From contig JBEWZL010000282.1 in NCBI GenBank assembly GCA_045837725.1, forward strand, positions 248,001 through 312,000: a DNA stretch of 64,000 nucleotides. Reading direction: 5' to 3'. Below the pieces are notes generated by a model that was not told the DNA's origin, did no database searches, and saw nothing but the letters and a program-made list of their open reading frames with translations. The stretch comes from Vermamoeba vermiformis. Lineage: Eukaryota. The position numbers were made by a program, and so were the translations under genes. Position 1 is the stretch's first letter. Each line of letters starts with the position of its first letter. Positions 1 through 14,460 of this stretch are shown piece by piece.

Positions 1-1346
1 TGAGGTACCGTGGACGGAGAACCAAGCAATGGCACCGAGATCTAACGCATGATATTAGTAGTGTTCCAATAATAAAACTGCGGTGGTCTGTCAATCTTAC
101 CAGTGTTGTCAGCACTGACGAACTTAAGCAAAGTGATGGCCTTGTCAGTGTTGCCAATCTTTGACCATTGTTGTCTTTCGCTCTCAGGATTCAATTCGTA
201 AGCAGAAGGAGAACGGCTAAGAAGGGATTCGTAAGTACACAGACAAAAGTTTTGTGTGCACGTGACTTCTCGGAGTTGTACAAACGTATCTTGGAGTATT
301 AACGAAAGGAGTACATACTTGATGTTAGTGAGGGCAGTCATGACGTCAGTGTTGACGATGACACGACCGACTTGAAGTCTCTCGTGAGCGCGTTGAATGG
401 CGTTAACAATGCCATTAACGATGACTTCAAAGTTCTCATTGTGGAAGCCCCAAGTTGTGACGTCGTAAAGAGGGTACCTGTCATATAATATTAATGAGTT
501 TCATAATATATAAGGCGATAGAACGTCGTTTGAATGCCGATAGATCAAGAAGCTAAAAAAAGTAAAGATGGAAATATTTTTAGATTTAATGTGTAGCGTC
601 ATTAATCAAATAATTTTGGGAACTATAATCGTACCAGTTGTATCCACCAGGTCCATCGTGAGTGTGAGTGGCGCTAATCATGACATTCTCGATCGTGTAG
701 GTGTTGCCGTAGATATGCTCTATTGGGATTGATTAGAATTTAAATATTATGCTAAGTGATACGCGTACTCAATCGCTCTACTACGGTAAGCTTGACTGAA
801 TCAGGAGTGAAGCACAGATCTGCTGAGACGAACGCGACTCTTTGTTGAGTAAGACTGTGACATTTTAAAGTAAATAATATGCCCCTTGATTGCACGAATA
901 TGTTGCAAGTACTTACCGATCAACAACGATGTAAGCACGAGCGCGAAGACGGAAATGAAGGCCATAACCAATTTGGTTCAGCATCTGTCAAGGAAATTTT
1001 TTAATTACGGCCAATTACTTGATAATAATATTGGACTTACAGCATAGCCCATGAAACCGACTAAGTAGTGATAAAAATCATGTTAGTATCTTTTTTAGTA
1101 ATAAATCGTATAAAAGCGGATCTCGAATAAATTGTTTTTCATTTATGCCCTATTCATTATACTGTATTTACCTTCGGCTACAGGGCCAGTAATATCGTAA
1201 ATTCCTGCACCAACGAGAAACGGATTTGAATTCAAATCATCGTCAGTTTTAGTGGAGCGTTTAGCGGCATTAATTAAGCCTGATATGCATACTAATGCAA
1301 ATAAAATATATAGAGGCCTCTTAAATGGCCGGTGAGCAGTTGCCAT
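1..1346 (-). CDS. Neutral/alkaline non-lysosomal ceramidase (multi-exon; 3' part runs off the window)
   Basis: Signal/anchor peptide, then VGAGIYDITGP, GFMGYA (micro-exon), GLHFRLRARAYI, ISATHTHDGPGGY, RSPSAYELNP and AWFSVHGTS, all hallmark neutral ceramidase motifs, joined across GT-AG introns. Confidence 0.93.
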
Positions 1347-1541
1347 TGTGATCTGTCAGATAGGACAAATGAGTGAACATTGAGGACGGGCCGCCTTATA
1401 ATTTTATGCTGTTTTATAATTAAAAATATTACTTACCCTTGTGTAAGGTATATAAAGATACAAATTATTAGTCAAGACAAAGAGGAAAAGATTTTGAGTC
1501 CCAAGTAGTGGACATTTCGAAGCCATTTTCAAACAGCAACA

Positions 1542-2771
1542 ATGTTAGCGAGAATTCAATACAAAACTCTACTTAACACTACTAATGTGCTAGTTACTAG
1601 ACTGGTCAAGCGAAGATACAGCATAGAAGACAGTATTTTTGAGGATGCGAAGAGATCAGATCATTCAATTTCATCCAGGACGGCTTCCTGGCTCGAAAAA
1701 GGCTTGAAATTCGAGAATATAGGACAGGGAGTTAGTAAATTATCGTTTGCACGAGATGAAGCGAAGAATGCGCTCTCTACGCCTGTTGTGAGTGCTTTAC
1801 TCGAGGCATTAAGACTGCTAGCAGAAAAAAATGAAGAAAAATCAGAAGACGCGCCCAAAGTTGTCATATTATCGGGAGAAGGTATTTAATTTCCTCGTAA
1901 AATGTTGCAAATTGAAAAAATATTTTCAGATCTGAGCATTTACGAATATTTTGATATTTAGGTACTTATTTCTCAGCTGGAGGTGATATTTCAGAGTTAC
2001 AAAGAGCGAGGAACGAGGACGAGTTGCGGCTAATATTCAACACATTTACGCAGCTTGTAGAAACTTTTCGAAGGCTGCCTCTCGTGGTAATATCGCAAGT
2101 ACGTGTCCTGATCATAATATAGTAGTAATATCGATCCATTGGTATTGATGGCGCTTATTTCAGGTGAATGGCAGGTGCGAAGGAGAAGCATTGCAATTAG
2201 TGGGTGCGTCGGATCTGGCTATCGCTTCTAAAAGAGCAACTTTCAGTTTGCCTGGTATATAATGATAGGCGTTGTCGGCTATTATAAGCTAATATACATT
2301 ATAGGGAGCAGCTATGGCTTGATTAATCACATGGCTGCCGTCAATGTACTACGTAGCAGCGTGCACAAGAAGAAAGTTTTTGAAATGTTATTGACTGGCG
2401 AGACCATTACAGCTAGAGAGGCATTAGAATACGGCTTATTAAATACGGTACGTTAATATTGGTTTCTTGGAATGTTGACTAATGGTGCGATAGGTCGTGG
2501 ATGAGGATCGACTCGAGGACGAGACACTGCAGATAGCAAAAAAGATCGCGCGACTTGATTATGCAGTACTTGGTCTAGCCAAGAAGGTTCGTCGTAATGT
2601 TCTTGATTATGCCCGTTATACTTCTCACAATTGTCGGAATTATAGACTTTCCACGCACAATCGCAGATGCCTTTTGAAATTGCATTGCCGATCGCAGAAG
2701 AAGCGATGCTCGAGAATATTAAAATGGAGAACGTACAGCAACAGATTAGTGCAAAGTTGAGGAAGAAATAA
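1542..2771 (+). CDS. Enoyl-CoA hydratase/crotonase family protein (ECHDC3-like), probable mitochondrial presequence
   Basis: KNALS, VVILSGEG-YFSAGGDI, PLVVISQVNG, ASDLAIASKRATFSLPG, FEMLLTGETITAREALEYGLLN; basic N-terminus; spliced exons end at TAA 2769-2771. Confidence 0.85.
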
Positions 2772-3770
2772 ACCGGTCAAGAAGTGGGACAAGAGATCTT
2801 TTGGTGCGGATGAGCTTGCTGACCTAAATCGGAGTGAGCGATCGAAGATTGCACGAAGATCTAGTGCCCTCGAGCTTAGTCTAAGCGATAATGACGACTA
2901 TGAAGATATTGTGTGTCTCGATTGAATTCCGCCGCTCCTTATTAGCCTTTGCAATCTCGTAAGTGTGTTACCGTATGCATTAGGCAAGTGCGAAATTATT
3001 GCAAAGGTTTCGTTAGATCTACTTGTACTAACTTAGATAAATTCGATTGAAAAGATGTGAGTGCATTAACTAACCAGGCTTTCTTTTGTGCGATCTCGAA
3101 GATCTCTGCATGAAAACTAAGTCGATTTGTGACTTTAGTGAACAACGCTTGCGCAATAAAAGCATTCACGTACCAGGCTTATGGAAATGATAGGCAGAAT
3201 TAATATGGGCTGCTAAATATAGCTATTAAATTTGTTTGAATTGGTTTTCGGTTGCAAGTTGGTTACACTACCGGAGGAATGATGCACAACCTTACGGATT
3301 CTCGATTAGATCCATTTCTCGACTAGTGAACAGCGGATGTGGTGTGACATGTCTGAATTTAATTCCGCATCTGAGCTCAGAATTCATTATTTATCGATAA
3401 AAGCATTTCTATGCCTCCCTTTAGCGATGAAACTGAAGTTCTAGCGACGGCGAATCGTAATCTTGAATAGAATCTTTGCCATCTTCGTAATATGCGCAAA
3501 TATATTATTGCCGAAAAGAAATTGTGATGGATCGCAAACAACCATGAACGAAATGAGGCGCAACAAGCTGATCCTATATCATTAAGAAATGCGTACGTGC
3601 AACACCCATTCTTCCACGTGATTTGTCTCAAAAAGGAAACGTAATGAAGTTTTTGGCTCATTTTTGTATTTTCATCAAACTCAGCAACAGAGCCCTTCAA
3701 AAATCTTAAGTTTTGTCGGGTCATAATAGCTATTATTTGTTGTTAACTATATTAAAGCAGTTCATGGGCT

Positions 3771-6700
3771 ATGGAAAGTTATCCCCCCAGTAAACGACCT
3801 CGTCTCGATCGTGGTGATTTTATAGAAAATCTGGAAGCAAACCAAACTCATACCTATATCGACATTACACCACACGACAATCTTCAATATGGGACGTCAA
3901 TATATCCACCTTTTGATGTACACGAACAACAGTTCATTAACAGTGGAACATCCAACCATGATCTGCTCGTTCCACCGAAACCCAACACCAGCAATGCCCA
4001 CTTTTGACCTAATGCCCATGCCTGACTATTTGCCTGCCGATGAAGAATATTCTTTCGCTCACAATAATTTATATTCGACAAACTTGAATCAGCTGATGCC
4101 AAATTCCCATCCAGTCACTGGAGAGCATTTTTATCAACCAAACCATTCGACACAAAATATACCCGCATATGGATACTCCAATTCATCGCTTCCGGCTCAC
4201 ATCCCCAACGCACCTTCTCCGAATGCAGCCCAAATATATGTAGCTCAGCAGCACGTTGCTACAACCACGACTATAGTAGACAGCGCGCAAATACACATTA
4301 ATCACCCGCCTCCGACACCTACAGTCCCTGCGCCCGTCCCCTCGCCTATTCAATCACAACAACACCTCAATGAATCGCCTTCACCCAGCAATAGCGGTTC
4401 TCCTGGTGGCTCTCGTAGTGTCTCATCACCCGAGCATAACATGCAGATGCAAAAGAAGAACGAAGTCGCATCCAGTGAAGAGGATTTGGGTTTCAAACTT
4501 TTTTGCGAGAATCCACTCGTGCTCGTCAATTACCAAGCTCCTTATATTCGTAAACAAATGAATATAACTCTTACAAAGCTATTTTTGTGCGAGAGTGATT
4601 TTGACGAGCACGAAGGGACCATTACTCTATGGAAATTTAGAGACAATACGGTCATGCTCGGTAATCCGGCTTTGTTTCCTCAAGTTCCGCCTGTAGTGCT
4701 CGAGCCATCGATGGTAATTCAATCAGACATTGTATCTCGCGTATTCAGTGACGACAAATGCCTGTATACCGTCAGTGGCGGAGATTCGCTTTGGTTGAAC
4801 TGGTGGAATCTGACCACGTTCCAAGAGTCCAGACTCAATATAACGCCGAAGCTAGGACCATTGGTAAGTTTAAATTCTACATTTCCATTTATTTTTAAAT
4901 TGAGGGCTATTCAATCACAACTGATTAACCTTTCGTTAAACTAACTGGATCCAAGTTAAATGATGGCTGAACTGCCAAGATTTTCTGGATCCGGTTTGCA
5001 TTTATTACGATCGTAAAATTCTTATATTACGAAATCTTAACGAGTTTTGACTAGCGGCAGGTTTTTCTCGCTCGAAAAATATGATTCGAAATTTCCAAAT
5101 ATATTTTTTTTTGATTTTTCGTCAGATATTTTGAAATCTCATTTCGGCGACCTCCGCCAACGAGATATTATATTAAATGGTCCTCTCAATATTTTTCTTC
5201 AATTATTAATATTAATTCTTTTTCTAACGCCGTCATTTTTTCAGAATATTGAGTTGCCCGTTACCGTGACTGCAGGCCATGTCGACAAAGACTTTATTTA
5301 TATTGCTACAATGCGCGGACACATTCTCATCTTAGACAAGGTCCATAAGAAGATAAATAAGGTCCTCAAGCTCAAATCATTAGCATTCGCTCATTCGTTG
5401 ACCAGCGGAGAGAAGTACTTATATGGTAAGTATTACTAAATATGGAAGAGAGGACACGTCACCGCAAGAGAATATCTTTCCTAATATAACCAATTTACTA
5501 GCGCGTGACCATTAATTTTCGACTTTATGGATCGAGTGCCACTCGTTAAATTTCTGCAATCACTATTCGTACTAATATGATCATTTCCTATTATAGCTGC
5601 TTATACGGATGCGTCGGTGCGGCTGTGGTACAAAACACGCAATTGGAGGAAAAAGAAACATATCTGCGTTGGTAAGTGTCAGGCGGCGTAATATTGCGTA
5701 ACTTTCATGACACTTTTTATTGATAATAATTATCATATAGTATATACTATGACTATATATAACTTCGGAAACAAAATATGAATGGAAATTTCTCAATTAG
5801 ATAATACGAATGAATTTAATGGTTTTTGAACTGACAGTTGTATTAATGACACTTTCCAAAAATAGATAAAACCAATAAGACGCCAGTGCGCGGCATTGAA
5901 CTCGATGACGCCAAGTCATATTTTGCGTTCTCGCGGCTGCTTCAAGTCAGCAACAAAATCAACAAACAGTTGCTCGAATACGGCACCGTTCGATTCGATC
6001 AAGACGTGCAGTGCTTTACTTCTGATAGGGACTTTTTATATATCGCCTTCATTGGTACGTATCACCTGGCTTAATTAACGCGACAGCATAATGCCTAAAA
6101 AGGAATTGGAACTGGACTCCAGAAAATTAAAATTGATTTTCTGTAATTCGTTCAATGAACGATACTAACAAGGTTTAATTATGATTAGGACGCATTGAGA
6201 TTAGAGCTAAACAAAGCTTGGAGTTGGTCAAGTCACTTCAGTTACAAAATCAAAATGCAATCCGTTGGATCAAGACCGACGAGAAATATCTCTACGTGGA
6301 CAGCCATCCATTGATTGTCTATAACAAAGAGACACTAGTACCTATTACTATCATGGGCGAGCCTAGTTTGGACAAGTAAGCATAATTAAATTTAAATTTT
6401 ATTTGCGTGGTCGACACTTTAACCTAATTTGGCAAGCGTCAGTTGTTAGACAGCAATTAACTAACCATTTATTTTCTAGGAACTCGGGAGTGCGATACAC
6501 GTTGTGCAATCACAAAGTGATTATTGGTGGCTGCAAAAATGGAAACGTGATGATTTGGCGACGTGACGCGAATGTTTTGATCGCGGATCTTCCGCCAATC
6601 AGATCTTCGGGGGTATGTGTTCAATAAGACTCTTATATAGTGCATTGTATTGACACTAACGACTACTATAGGAGACTGATACCTCGCAACAAGCAGTGAC

Positions 6701-8463
6701 TTGCATGTCCATGGCCGGTGACTTGATCTACGTGGGACACTACTCTGGTCTCGTGAGGTAAGCGCGATAATTTGACGATAATATATTAGCGAGTGTTACA
6801 TAATATTAAGTAACTACGATAATACTGATGACGCAATTCTACTGCCTTCCTACTGCAATTTAATTGAAGATAAAAGGAAATACGTGTGACTGACTTTATC
6901 ACAATAGTGTTAATAATAATAATAATATGTACCTCATTGAACTATGTTACTGATAACGTTTTATTTAAATCAGAGTTATCAACCGTCTGTCGTATCAACA
7001 AGATGTAGTGTACATTCAACAATCGAGCTCAGACAGTGCCATGCAGCTCGGTCACGTGACGTCAATCTTCTGTGACTCGGAGATACTCGCAGTAGGCTAC
7101 TCGACGGGACGTGTGTATTCAATTGCAGTAGCGGATCTGGTGGTCGGTGACACAACGACTGCCATGGACAACAACGCACGCAAGTCTGTCTTGCTGACGG
7201 GCGGTGTGTCTGAAGAGCCACCGCCACTCTTAGCACCTGAATTGTTGCACCAGCCTCCTGCACACGTCGTAAAAATTGCGCGGTCGGGACCTTACTTGTG
7301 CTTGCTCTCGACAAATGGTAAGTGATTGTGTCTTTGCGTGCCATAGTACCAAGTGTTCAGCTTGTCGGCTATAGCTACTCAAATAGTGCAGTTGACTGAT
7401 CTGTTGTTATTAGGCCACGTGCTCGTGTATGACATCAAGTCCCCTTCAGCACCTCAAAAGTTGACCACGCTCTCGTACGGACCTTTCAGTGCGAACACAT
7501 CGTTCTACGTTGATGACGAACACGTCTACGTGTCCACTGAGGAGACGCAAGTGTCCAGTCCTAACTCCCAGTTGCTGGGCATTGGTCCCATTAAGAAGTC
7601 ACTCGTCAAGATCTGGAATCTCCACAACTTGAATGAGTCATTCACGCTCAAGACAGACCACACTGAAGCTATTTTCAGCTTGTTCAGCGACGAGTACTAC
7701 CTCTTCACGTGCACACGACGTGGCGAGCTCAAGTTGTGGTCCAAGACCCCGACCAAGCACGGCAGACAGTTGCCCGCGAATGACTTTAGTGACTTGGGCA
7801 CGAGTCCTGAGAACAACGACATGTCGCACATGATGAACAATTGGCGCGTGGGCTCACCGCCAACTAATCGTGATGCGAATGGTCGGTCTATTCGCACTAA
7901 CGGCCTTGCTGCACGCACTGGCTTGGACCCTCAAGCCGAACAACAACAACAACAGTCCGTTGATCAGCACATGAACGGCGGTGATCAGTCGAATGGCGCG
8001 TGTTACGGTCCGTTTGGCTTAGTCAAAACTACACAGTAAGTCACCCTTGCGATAGAGCCTGTCGAGTCTAAGATTTTAACCATATGACTAGATGTAATTG
8101 GCGAGAGATTGAATGCTTCAGTCGAATGCCGTTCTCAATGATCAGCGGCGAGACGTTTTTGCCAGCGTTCAGTCTCGGTGATCACAAGTACATCAACCCG
8201 ATTGAGTTCCAGGTACGCAATCACAATTATTATACGACACTACGGGGCCTAATAATATCGTCTAGTCTCGAGCACAAATTGAGGCCAACAGTCAGACGCA
8301 AAGTCTCGTGAACAATGACAATGACTCGACTATTGTCGTGAGTCGCATGCTTAACAAGGACGGTCGATTGCCACAAGAGTTCATTCCAAAAGGCAGTGTA
8401 TTCAGCCAAGAGGAGACACCTGGGTTTGTCGTCACGCCTAACATAATTTTCAAAAACGCCTAA
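3771..8463 (+). CDS. Large WD40/beta-propeller-like protein with Pro/Ser-rich N-terminus (apparent frameshift near 3985)
   Basis: Exons with beta-propeller-like units (IIGGCKNGNVMIW, LAVGYSTGRVYSI, VKIWNL...HTEAIFSL...GELKLW); splicing continues in frame past ORF 7353-8039 to TAA 8461-8463. Confidence 0.65.
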
Positions 8464-8628
8464 AAATAACAATAGTGAAGTGTAATTTTAGAAAAATCGA
8501 AATATCCAATGAGGTGTCGTAAAGTGACACTTTGTTGGCCGGTGAACATAGATTGTAATTAACTGCTTTTAGATGTTTATAGTGTAAAATAATAAATTTT
8601 CGTTTTTGCCATTAAAAAAAACAGTTTT

Positions 8629-11600
8629 TTATTTTTTGGCAGCAGGTGCGGTGGCCTTGGCGTAAGCAACGACAAGGTCATCACGGTCTTTCGGCGAATG
8701 TAAATGCAGTGTAATTGGCTTGGCCTTGCCTTCTGCTTGCAATTGCACCAGTTTGTCTAAGGAAAAATGATTAATATGGTGCGTTTAAGAGGCTGAAAGT
8801 GACCTACCTTCGACAGGTGTCAACGAGTACTTGTTGTTCTTGAAGATCTTTTTGAAGTATTGTTTCTGCAGTGCGGCCTTATAGTGCGTGTACAATAAGG
8901 CGTCGTTGAATAAGAACAACATGCCGTCTTTAGGCTTGCCTTTGCCCTCTGAAATTGACACTTTGAGTTCTTTGAGCAAAATTCTCGCTGGCTGTACAAG
9001 TTCTTCTTTGCAGCCGAAGATATTTTTCGTGGCCTCGACGAGCTGTTGCATAAACACAGCTTCTCGCTTCTTTTCGTTCAAATACGCGGTGACTTCTTCA
9101 ATGTTTTTGAGTGCCTTGTCCAAGTTGCCGTAGTCAGGGTGATCTTTGTCTGTGTACTTGATCAACTCGCGGATCAACATGGCGTAACGAGGCATGCGTT
9201 GTACGGGCATAATCAACAAACTGTCAATGTCTTGGTCGTTGCAAATAGGGTTGTCTCGGACTTGCTATAATTGGTAATAATGGATTAGTGCTGTGAATTT
9301 TTGCGGCATCTTTCAACGGACGTACCTCCGCAAATCGTTTGAATCTGATGTTCTTTGCCATGGCCTGTGTGGTGAGTTGATGAGCTGCTTCGTAGTTGTT
9401 GATGTAAGTCGAGTAACTCTTGAAGAAAGCAGTCTATTGCTAGCATTAGCACGGGTTTAATGTCATCGAGTGTCAGCGTACCATTGCGAGGAAGACATCG
9501 CCGATCAACTGTTTGGAAGACCAGGCACTCATGCGATTGTTGAGACCTTCCAACAACATGACATTGTACGAGTGCAGAATGGCCACGTTGCTGAAAATCT
9601 GTCTGATTTCTTGCTCAGTGATAATTGGGGCTGCTGATTTGAGCGCGGAGAGCAACGGATTTTGATATTTCTATAAAAGGCAAGTAATGAGTTTCACGGT
9701 TCATGAACGAGGTTCAGTGAATCTTACCTTCACTAAAATAGCCAAGTTCTTCACATACGAGGCTTCCGTGTCCAAAATCTCTTGAGCAATGAGTGTGCGG
9801 CGGTACTGTCGCTTGGCCTGTTCTAACTTGGCCGGGTCTAAATTACTCGGCAATGGGCGGCTTGAGGGGCTTGCGTGGCAGGTGTGCTGGGTGCAGTTAC
9901 CGGTGAGGCCACGGTCTTAGGGGCTTCAGGAATCTTGGGCAAATCAGTGCGCTCTAACACGAGTGTGTTCGGGTCTAATTTCTTAATGTCGCGCTTGGCT
10001 TTCTTTTCTTTCTTTTTGTCCTTGTGCTTCTCTTTCTTGTCCTTGTCCTTCTGCTTCTTGTCGCGCTTGTGTTTCTTGTCTTTAACTCCTTCAGCTGCTG
10101 GTTGTGCAGGCGTCGGTTCTTCATCAGAAACGTCGTACTTGTCCTTGCTCAGTGCTCTGTTCTCAATGGTATCGTCGCGCAGGTACTTCGGATCAACAGC
10201 TGGTCTAGCGTCTTGTTTGGGCTGAGCTGCAGTGGTCGTGCTTGTTGCGGCTGTGAAGTTTCAGCGGGTTTTTGTGCCGCTGTTTCCTTCGGGGCCTCCG
10301 TTTTGGGCTGAGTGGCCGTGGCTTTGTCGTCAGCTTTCTTGGTCTCTTCTGGCTTCTTAGTCTCAGTCTTGGCAGTTTCAGTCTTGACAATTGGCTCGGG
10401 CTTGGGTTGCTCTGTCTTGGTCTCTTGTGGCTTGGTCACGACAGGCTCTTTGGCCGCATCTTTCTTCGTGTCAGTCTTAGTCTCGACTTTAGGACTGGGC
10501 TCGGGCTTTTTATCTTCTTTCTTGGGCTCGGGCTTAGTCTCAGCTGGCTTGACAACCTCTGGCTTGGGCTCGGGCTTTGCTTCAACTTTGGGTTCAGGTT
10601 TCTTTTCGACTTTTGGTTCAACTTTGGGCTGTTCTGCTGCCTTGACAGGCTCGACAGTTTTGACGGGCTCAGCGGGCTTGACAGGCTCAGGAGTCTTTTC
10701 AGGTTTCTTTTCAACCTTGGGCTCTGCCTTGACGGGCTCAGGCTTGGCGGCCACTGGCTTGACATTAGCTTCTTCTGAAGAACTTTCTTCTTCGTCCTCA
10801 TCTTCGTCTTCTTTTTCGAGGTACGCTTGATAATCAGCAAATTCGTCTTTTTCGTGTTGAATCTTTTCAATTTGAGCTTGTGCTGTTTCAAAGTGTTGCA
10901 CGGACAAGTTTTGATACGCTGTGTTCAATGCAAAGTTGACTTGCGCATTTTTCGAAGCATCAGCCATGGTCTTAAGTGAGTTCAATGCCGCCAAAGATTT
11001 TTCTTGGAAATGTTGACGCACCTTGCCTGCAAGCATGAGGTGAGATTTATTATTATGCAAATTATTATTTCTCGATTTTGACTCGATGATATTGCGTACT
11101 GTTCAAGGCGAGCTTGGCCAACAACATGCCACCACGTTCTTTCAATTCATCGGACTCTTTTCCGTTCACTAAGCCCATTGCTGCATCAAGGCCGCCATGC
11201 ACTCGAATATCTTCGTTGACTTTCTCTATAATGAGGTATTAGTACTGAGCTTATGAGGTCAAAAGTAGGTGTCGAGCACGTGATTACTTGACAAGCAGAG
11301 GTTCTCTAGTGTCAAACAGGCCAATTCTTTTTGTGCTGCATTGCCTGTCTTGAGCGTGGCTACTAACATTGGCACTGCTTTGCCGTCAACAAACGCGTCT
11401 TCGTTTTCTTCAGTCAATGCAAGATTGATCAGTGCTTTCAAGGCCTCGCTCTTGACGTCGGGGTTAGGATAGCTTTGAGCCACTGGCACGATGACTTTGA
11501 TCGCGCCATTCGCTACGACTTGTTTGCGGACGTCATCTGACACGTGTCAGTCAGTTTGAGTTTGACAGGTGTCATCGACTAATGTCACTTACCGCTGTAA

Positions 11601-13294
11601 AGTGTCAAGTGGAAGATGGCAGTCATGATCTTCAGTCGCACTTCTTCGAGGGCTGGCTTATCACCGAACGACTCTTTCAGTGAATTGATCAGTGCTACGA
11701 CACCACCCTTGCTCACGAACATGTCTTGCATTGCATCTAAGGCCCACGCATTAATAATGGTTATTATAATAGGTCAGTATAATGAAGTATACCGTTGGAA
11801 ATCAAGTTCGAAATGGCCCAGATGGCGCGGTACTTGACCTTGTCCACATTCGATTTCAACAGCGCATTTAATTTCTCGAACAACGGTGACTTCAACGCGT
11901 CTTCTTGGACCAATCGCATCGTCTCATCTGTAAGCGGAGTTATTAATCTGTTATAGGTGTCTCTCGGACAATTACCCTTAGCTGACAGATTGATAATCGA
12001 TGACAGTGACGATGATTGGACGCTGTCAATAGTTGAGTCTAAACCGGCGACAATTGACGGGAATGCACCTGATTTGATGAGTGCGACAGCAGCTTGTTCT
12101 GAAAATATGACACGTGTCAAACAGTGGTCGGTGAGTACGTGTCAAAAAAATCTAACGTACCATCGTTAATCAAGTTAGCGAGGAATAATCGCGAAGTTTC
12201 TTGCAATTGAGGGTCTTTGACACGTGGCACTAGTTCGAGCAACGGACCAATCATGCCGACTTCCATCAACACTTTTCTGTTCGCATCTGATCCGGATTAG
12301 GAATTAGATCGCGCTTCATAGGGTGGTAATAATAACATACCATCGTTATTAAAGTTAACGAGCACTCTGATCATTGTTTCGAGTGTTTTTTCATCGACTT
12401 GAGGCTCTTTCAAGACCGCGACAAGTCCTTCGTAGATTTTGACTTTGGCGAATGATTTCAAATCTATTATAATGGTATTAATATTATATAATATGTATAT
12501 GAATATCTTATAGTACCTTTTGCAGAAAAAATCATCAAGTTGTTGAATAAAAGTACGGCTAAATGTAAAGTATCTTTTTCTTTGACAACTTTCGGCATAA
12601 TTTGAGCGACTGCTTCGAGTCCTCCATTCTTCTTAAATAAATCGGCGGATTGCTCTATTTAATTTTATTAATAATTTAAATATGACCCAGATCCAGCGAT
12701 GATTACCTCGAGACATAAAATTGACGCAGAATCGAACGACGCTAGGAATATCTGTAGTCTTATTCAATAGTTCAACTACAGAAGGCATTGCATTTTGCTT
12801 GACAACCTCATTATATACTCGTTCTGTATTCGAATTTAAAAATTAATTGCGAGATTTTTTTGTGGATCGAGTTTGAACCGTACCGTCTTTTGAGAAGTTA
12901 GTAAGCGCTTTCACAGCACCAAGTGCTGCATTGATATTTTGTGACTTCAATAATTGCACGATGATGTCAAAGCCTAGCGAATCATTAGCCGGCGTTGAAG
13001 ATCTGAATTTTTTTTTTTGCTTACCTTGACCGTGATGCAATAGAGATTGGGAAATATAAAGAGCATTTCCAGATACTTTATCGTTCGCGGAGCCAAAAAC
13101 GGTTTCCCATTTCACTGCATCCGAAACTCCTAAACCATTGCAATATTTTTAGATGGGCTGACATTTTACCGAGTAAAAGATATAATAAGGCACATATGTA
13201 TTTTAACTATACCTGCAGCGGACTCTCCCTTTTTTTCGAAGCCATAGACTTTGTCCAACTGTTGCTTTACATCTTGCAAGCTCATTTGTGCCAT
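8629..13294 (-). CDS. Armadillo-repeat RhoGEF (ARM repeats, Lys/Glu/Pro-rich linker, DH-PH)
   Basis: ARM repeats (RAIWAISNL, EALKALINLA); DH motifs IAQEILDTEASYVKNL, IFSNVAIL, LIMPVQRMPRYAMLIRELIKYT...HPDY; PH motif LFLFNDALLY. Single-base frameshifts near 10260 and 9875. Confidence 0.88.
10240..10770 (-). repeat. Low-complexity coding repeat (KPEP/KAEPK/KTE) in the ARM-RhoGEF linker
   Basis: Repeated GGCTCGGGCTT-like units on + strand; translation is rich in PKPEPK/KPAEPVK. Confidence 0.8.
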
Positions 13295-13614
13295 TTTGCA
13301 AGGCTGTAATTAAGATATAAAATACTAATATATATTACAGTGATGTGGTATTTACCAAACTCATTATAAAATCAGAAAATTTGAAGCTTGAATCAAAGAT
13401 TTTGTTGCCGATTTTATCAACTTTATATTACGCCCATTTTACGCTCATTTGAGTAATGGGCGTGGCAAAGCTAATATACTAGAGTATCTTTCTTATTGAA
13501 TTAGTTTATGTCTTTGTGCGACTAATCAAGTGAATTCAAAATGGATCGAATGCCAGATCTGGTTTGGTAATGAAGCAGTTGCCAAGATTTCTTCGAATAA
13601 TAATTCCCTAGTAT

Positions 13615-14176
13615 TTATTTGCTTGTTTGATCGGTATTTAACAAATAAGGCTTTAATCGGTCTGTAATCTTCCGTTCAACAAATTCTTGCATGATCTGTA
13701 CGTCTTTAGGCAAGTTGTAACTCACAAAGAACATTTTTCCTGTCTTCTTAGCTACATATATGATATTAATAAGCATTTATTTATTGATTTGATCGCAGGA
13801 TAATTATTTTGTGTCGGATCTACTTACACAACCTCTGTGCAATAACACTGCCGGCCGGGCTAAGATTTTCTCCAAATAAAGCTGATACTGAAGGCGTATT
13901 TTCCTAATTATATAGGGTATTAGAATGACAAGGTGAATTTTTGTAATTTTTTTTTGCATTTAAAAATATTCATTTAATTACCTGAGGCATTTTAATCGCG
14001 ACTGATAAGTTCTTTAATTGTGGTGGATTTAATCCGATCCATAAATAAAATGAATTATTCATAATGTACAGTTGGAAGTAGATGGCGTCTTCCATAAACT
14101 TTTCTGTAAAGCTTTCAATTTGAATCTTCGGTTCTACGAACTGAACTTCAACACCTGTAGACTCTTTTTGTTCCAT
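13615..14176 (-). CDS. PSMG4: Proteasome assembly chaperone 4 (PAC4)
   Basis: 3 exons: IYFQLYIMNNSFYLWIG...LKNLSVAI; S.IAQRL; KKTGKNVFVSYNLP...FVERKI, matching the PAC4 family pattern. Confidence 0.8.
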
Positions 14177-14388
14177 ATTGTTGTATTCGTTAATAATTTT
14201 GACAAATAAAAATGATTCACGAGAAAAATTAGTTTTATTCTTCGCTTACTTTAAAATTTACAACGGAGGCTATTGCATTAAAGAATTTTTCTTCTCTTCT
14301 ACTGCACATAAAGTCAATCTTCCATTCATTGTTGAGCGAGTAATTTGGCTTCGTTACATTCCAAACATTTTTTGATTTCATAGAAAGG

Positions 14389-14446
14389 TTTTTTTTTTTT
14401 TGGGTTTCTTTTTTTTTTTTTTTTTTTTTGAAATTTTTTTTTTTTT
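14389..14446 (-). repeat. Interrupted poly(A) tract (poly-T on +) just after the stop codon of the 14461-15493 ORF
   Basis: Three T runs of 13-21 nt, the longest homopolymers seen in the window. Confidence 0.9.
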
Positions 14447-14460
14447 ATGTCTTCACTTCG

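Noticed and set aside
9875-10891. Long antisense and alternative-frame ORFs over the PEK-rich linker (similar cases at 33575-34165 and 44447-44983)
   Set aside because: These are shadows of low-complexity coding sequence, with no independent domain signal.
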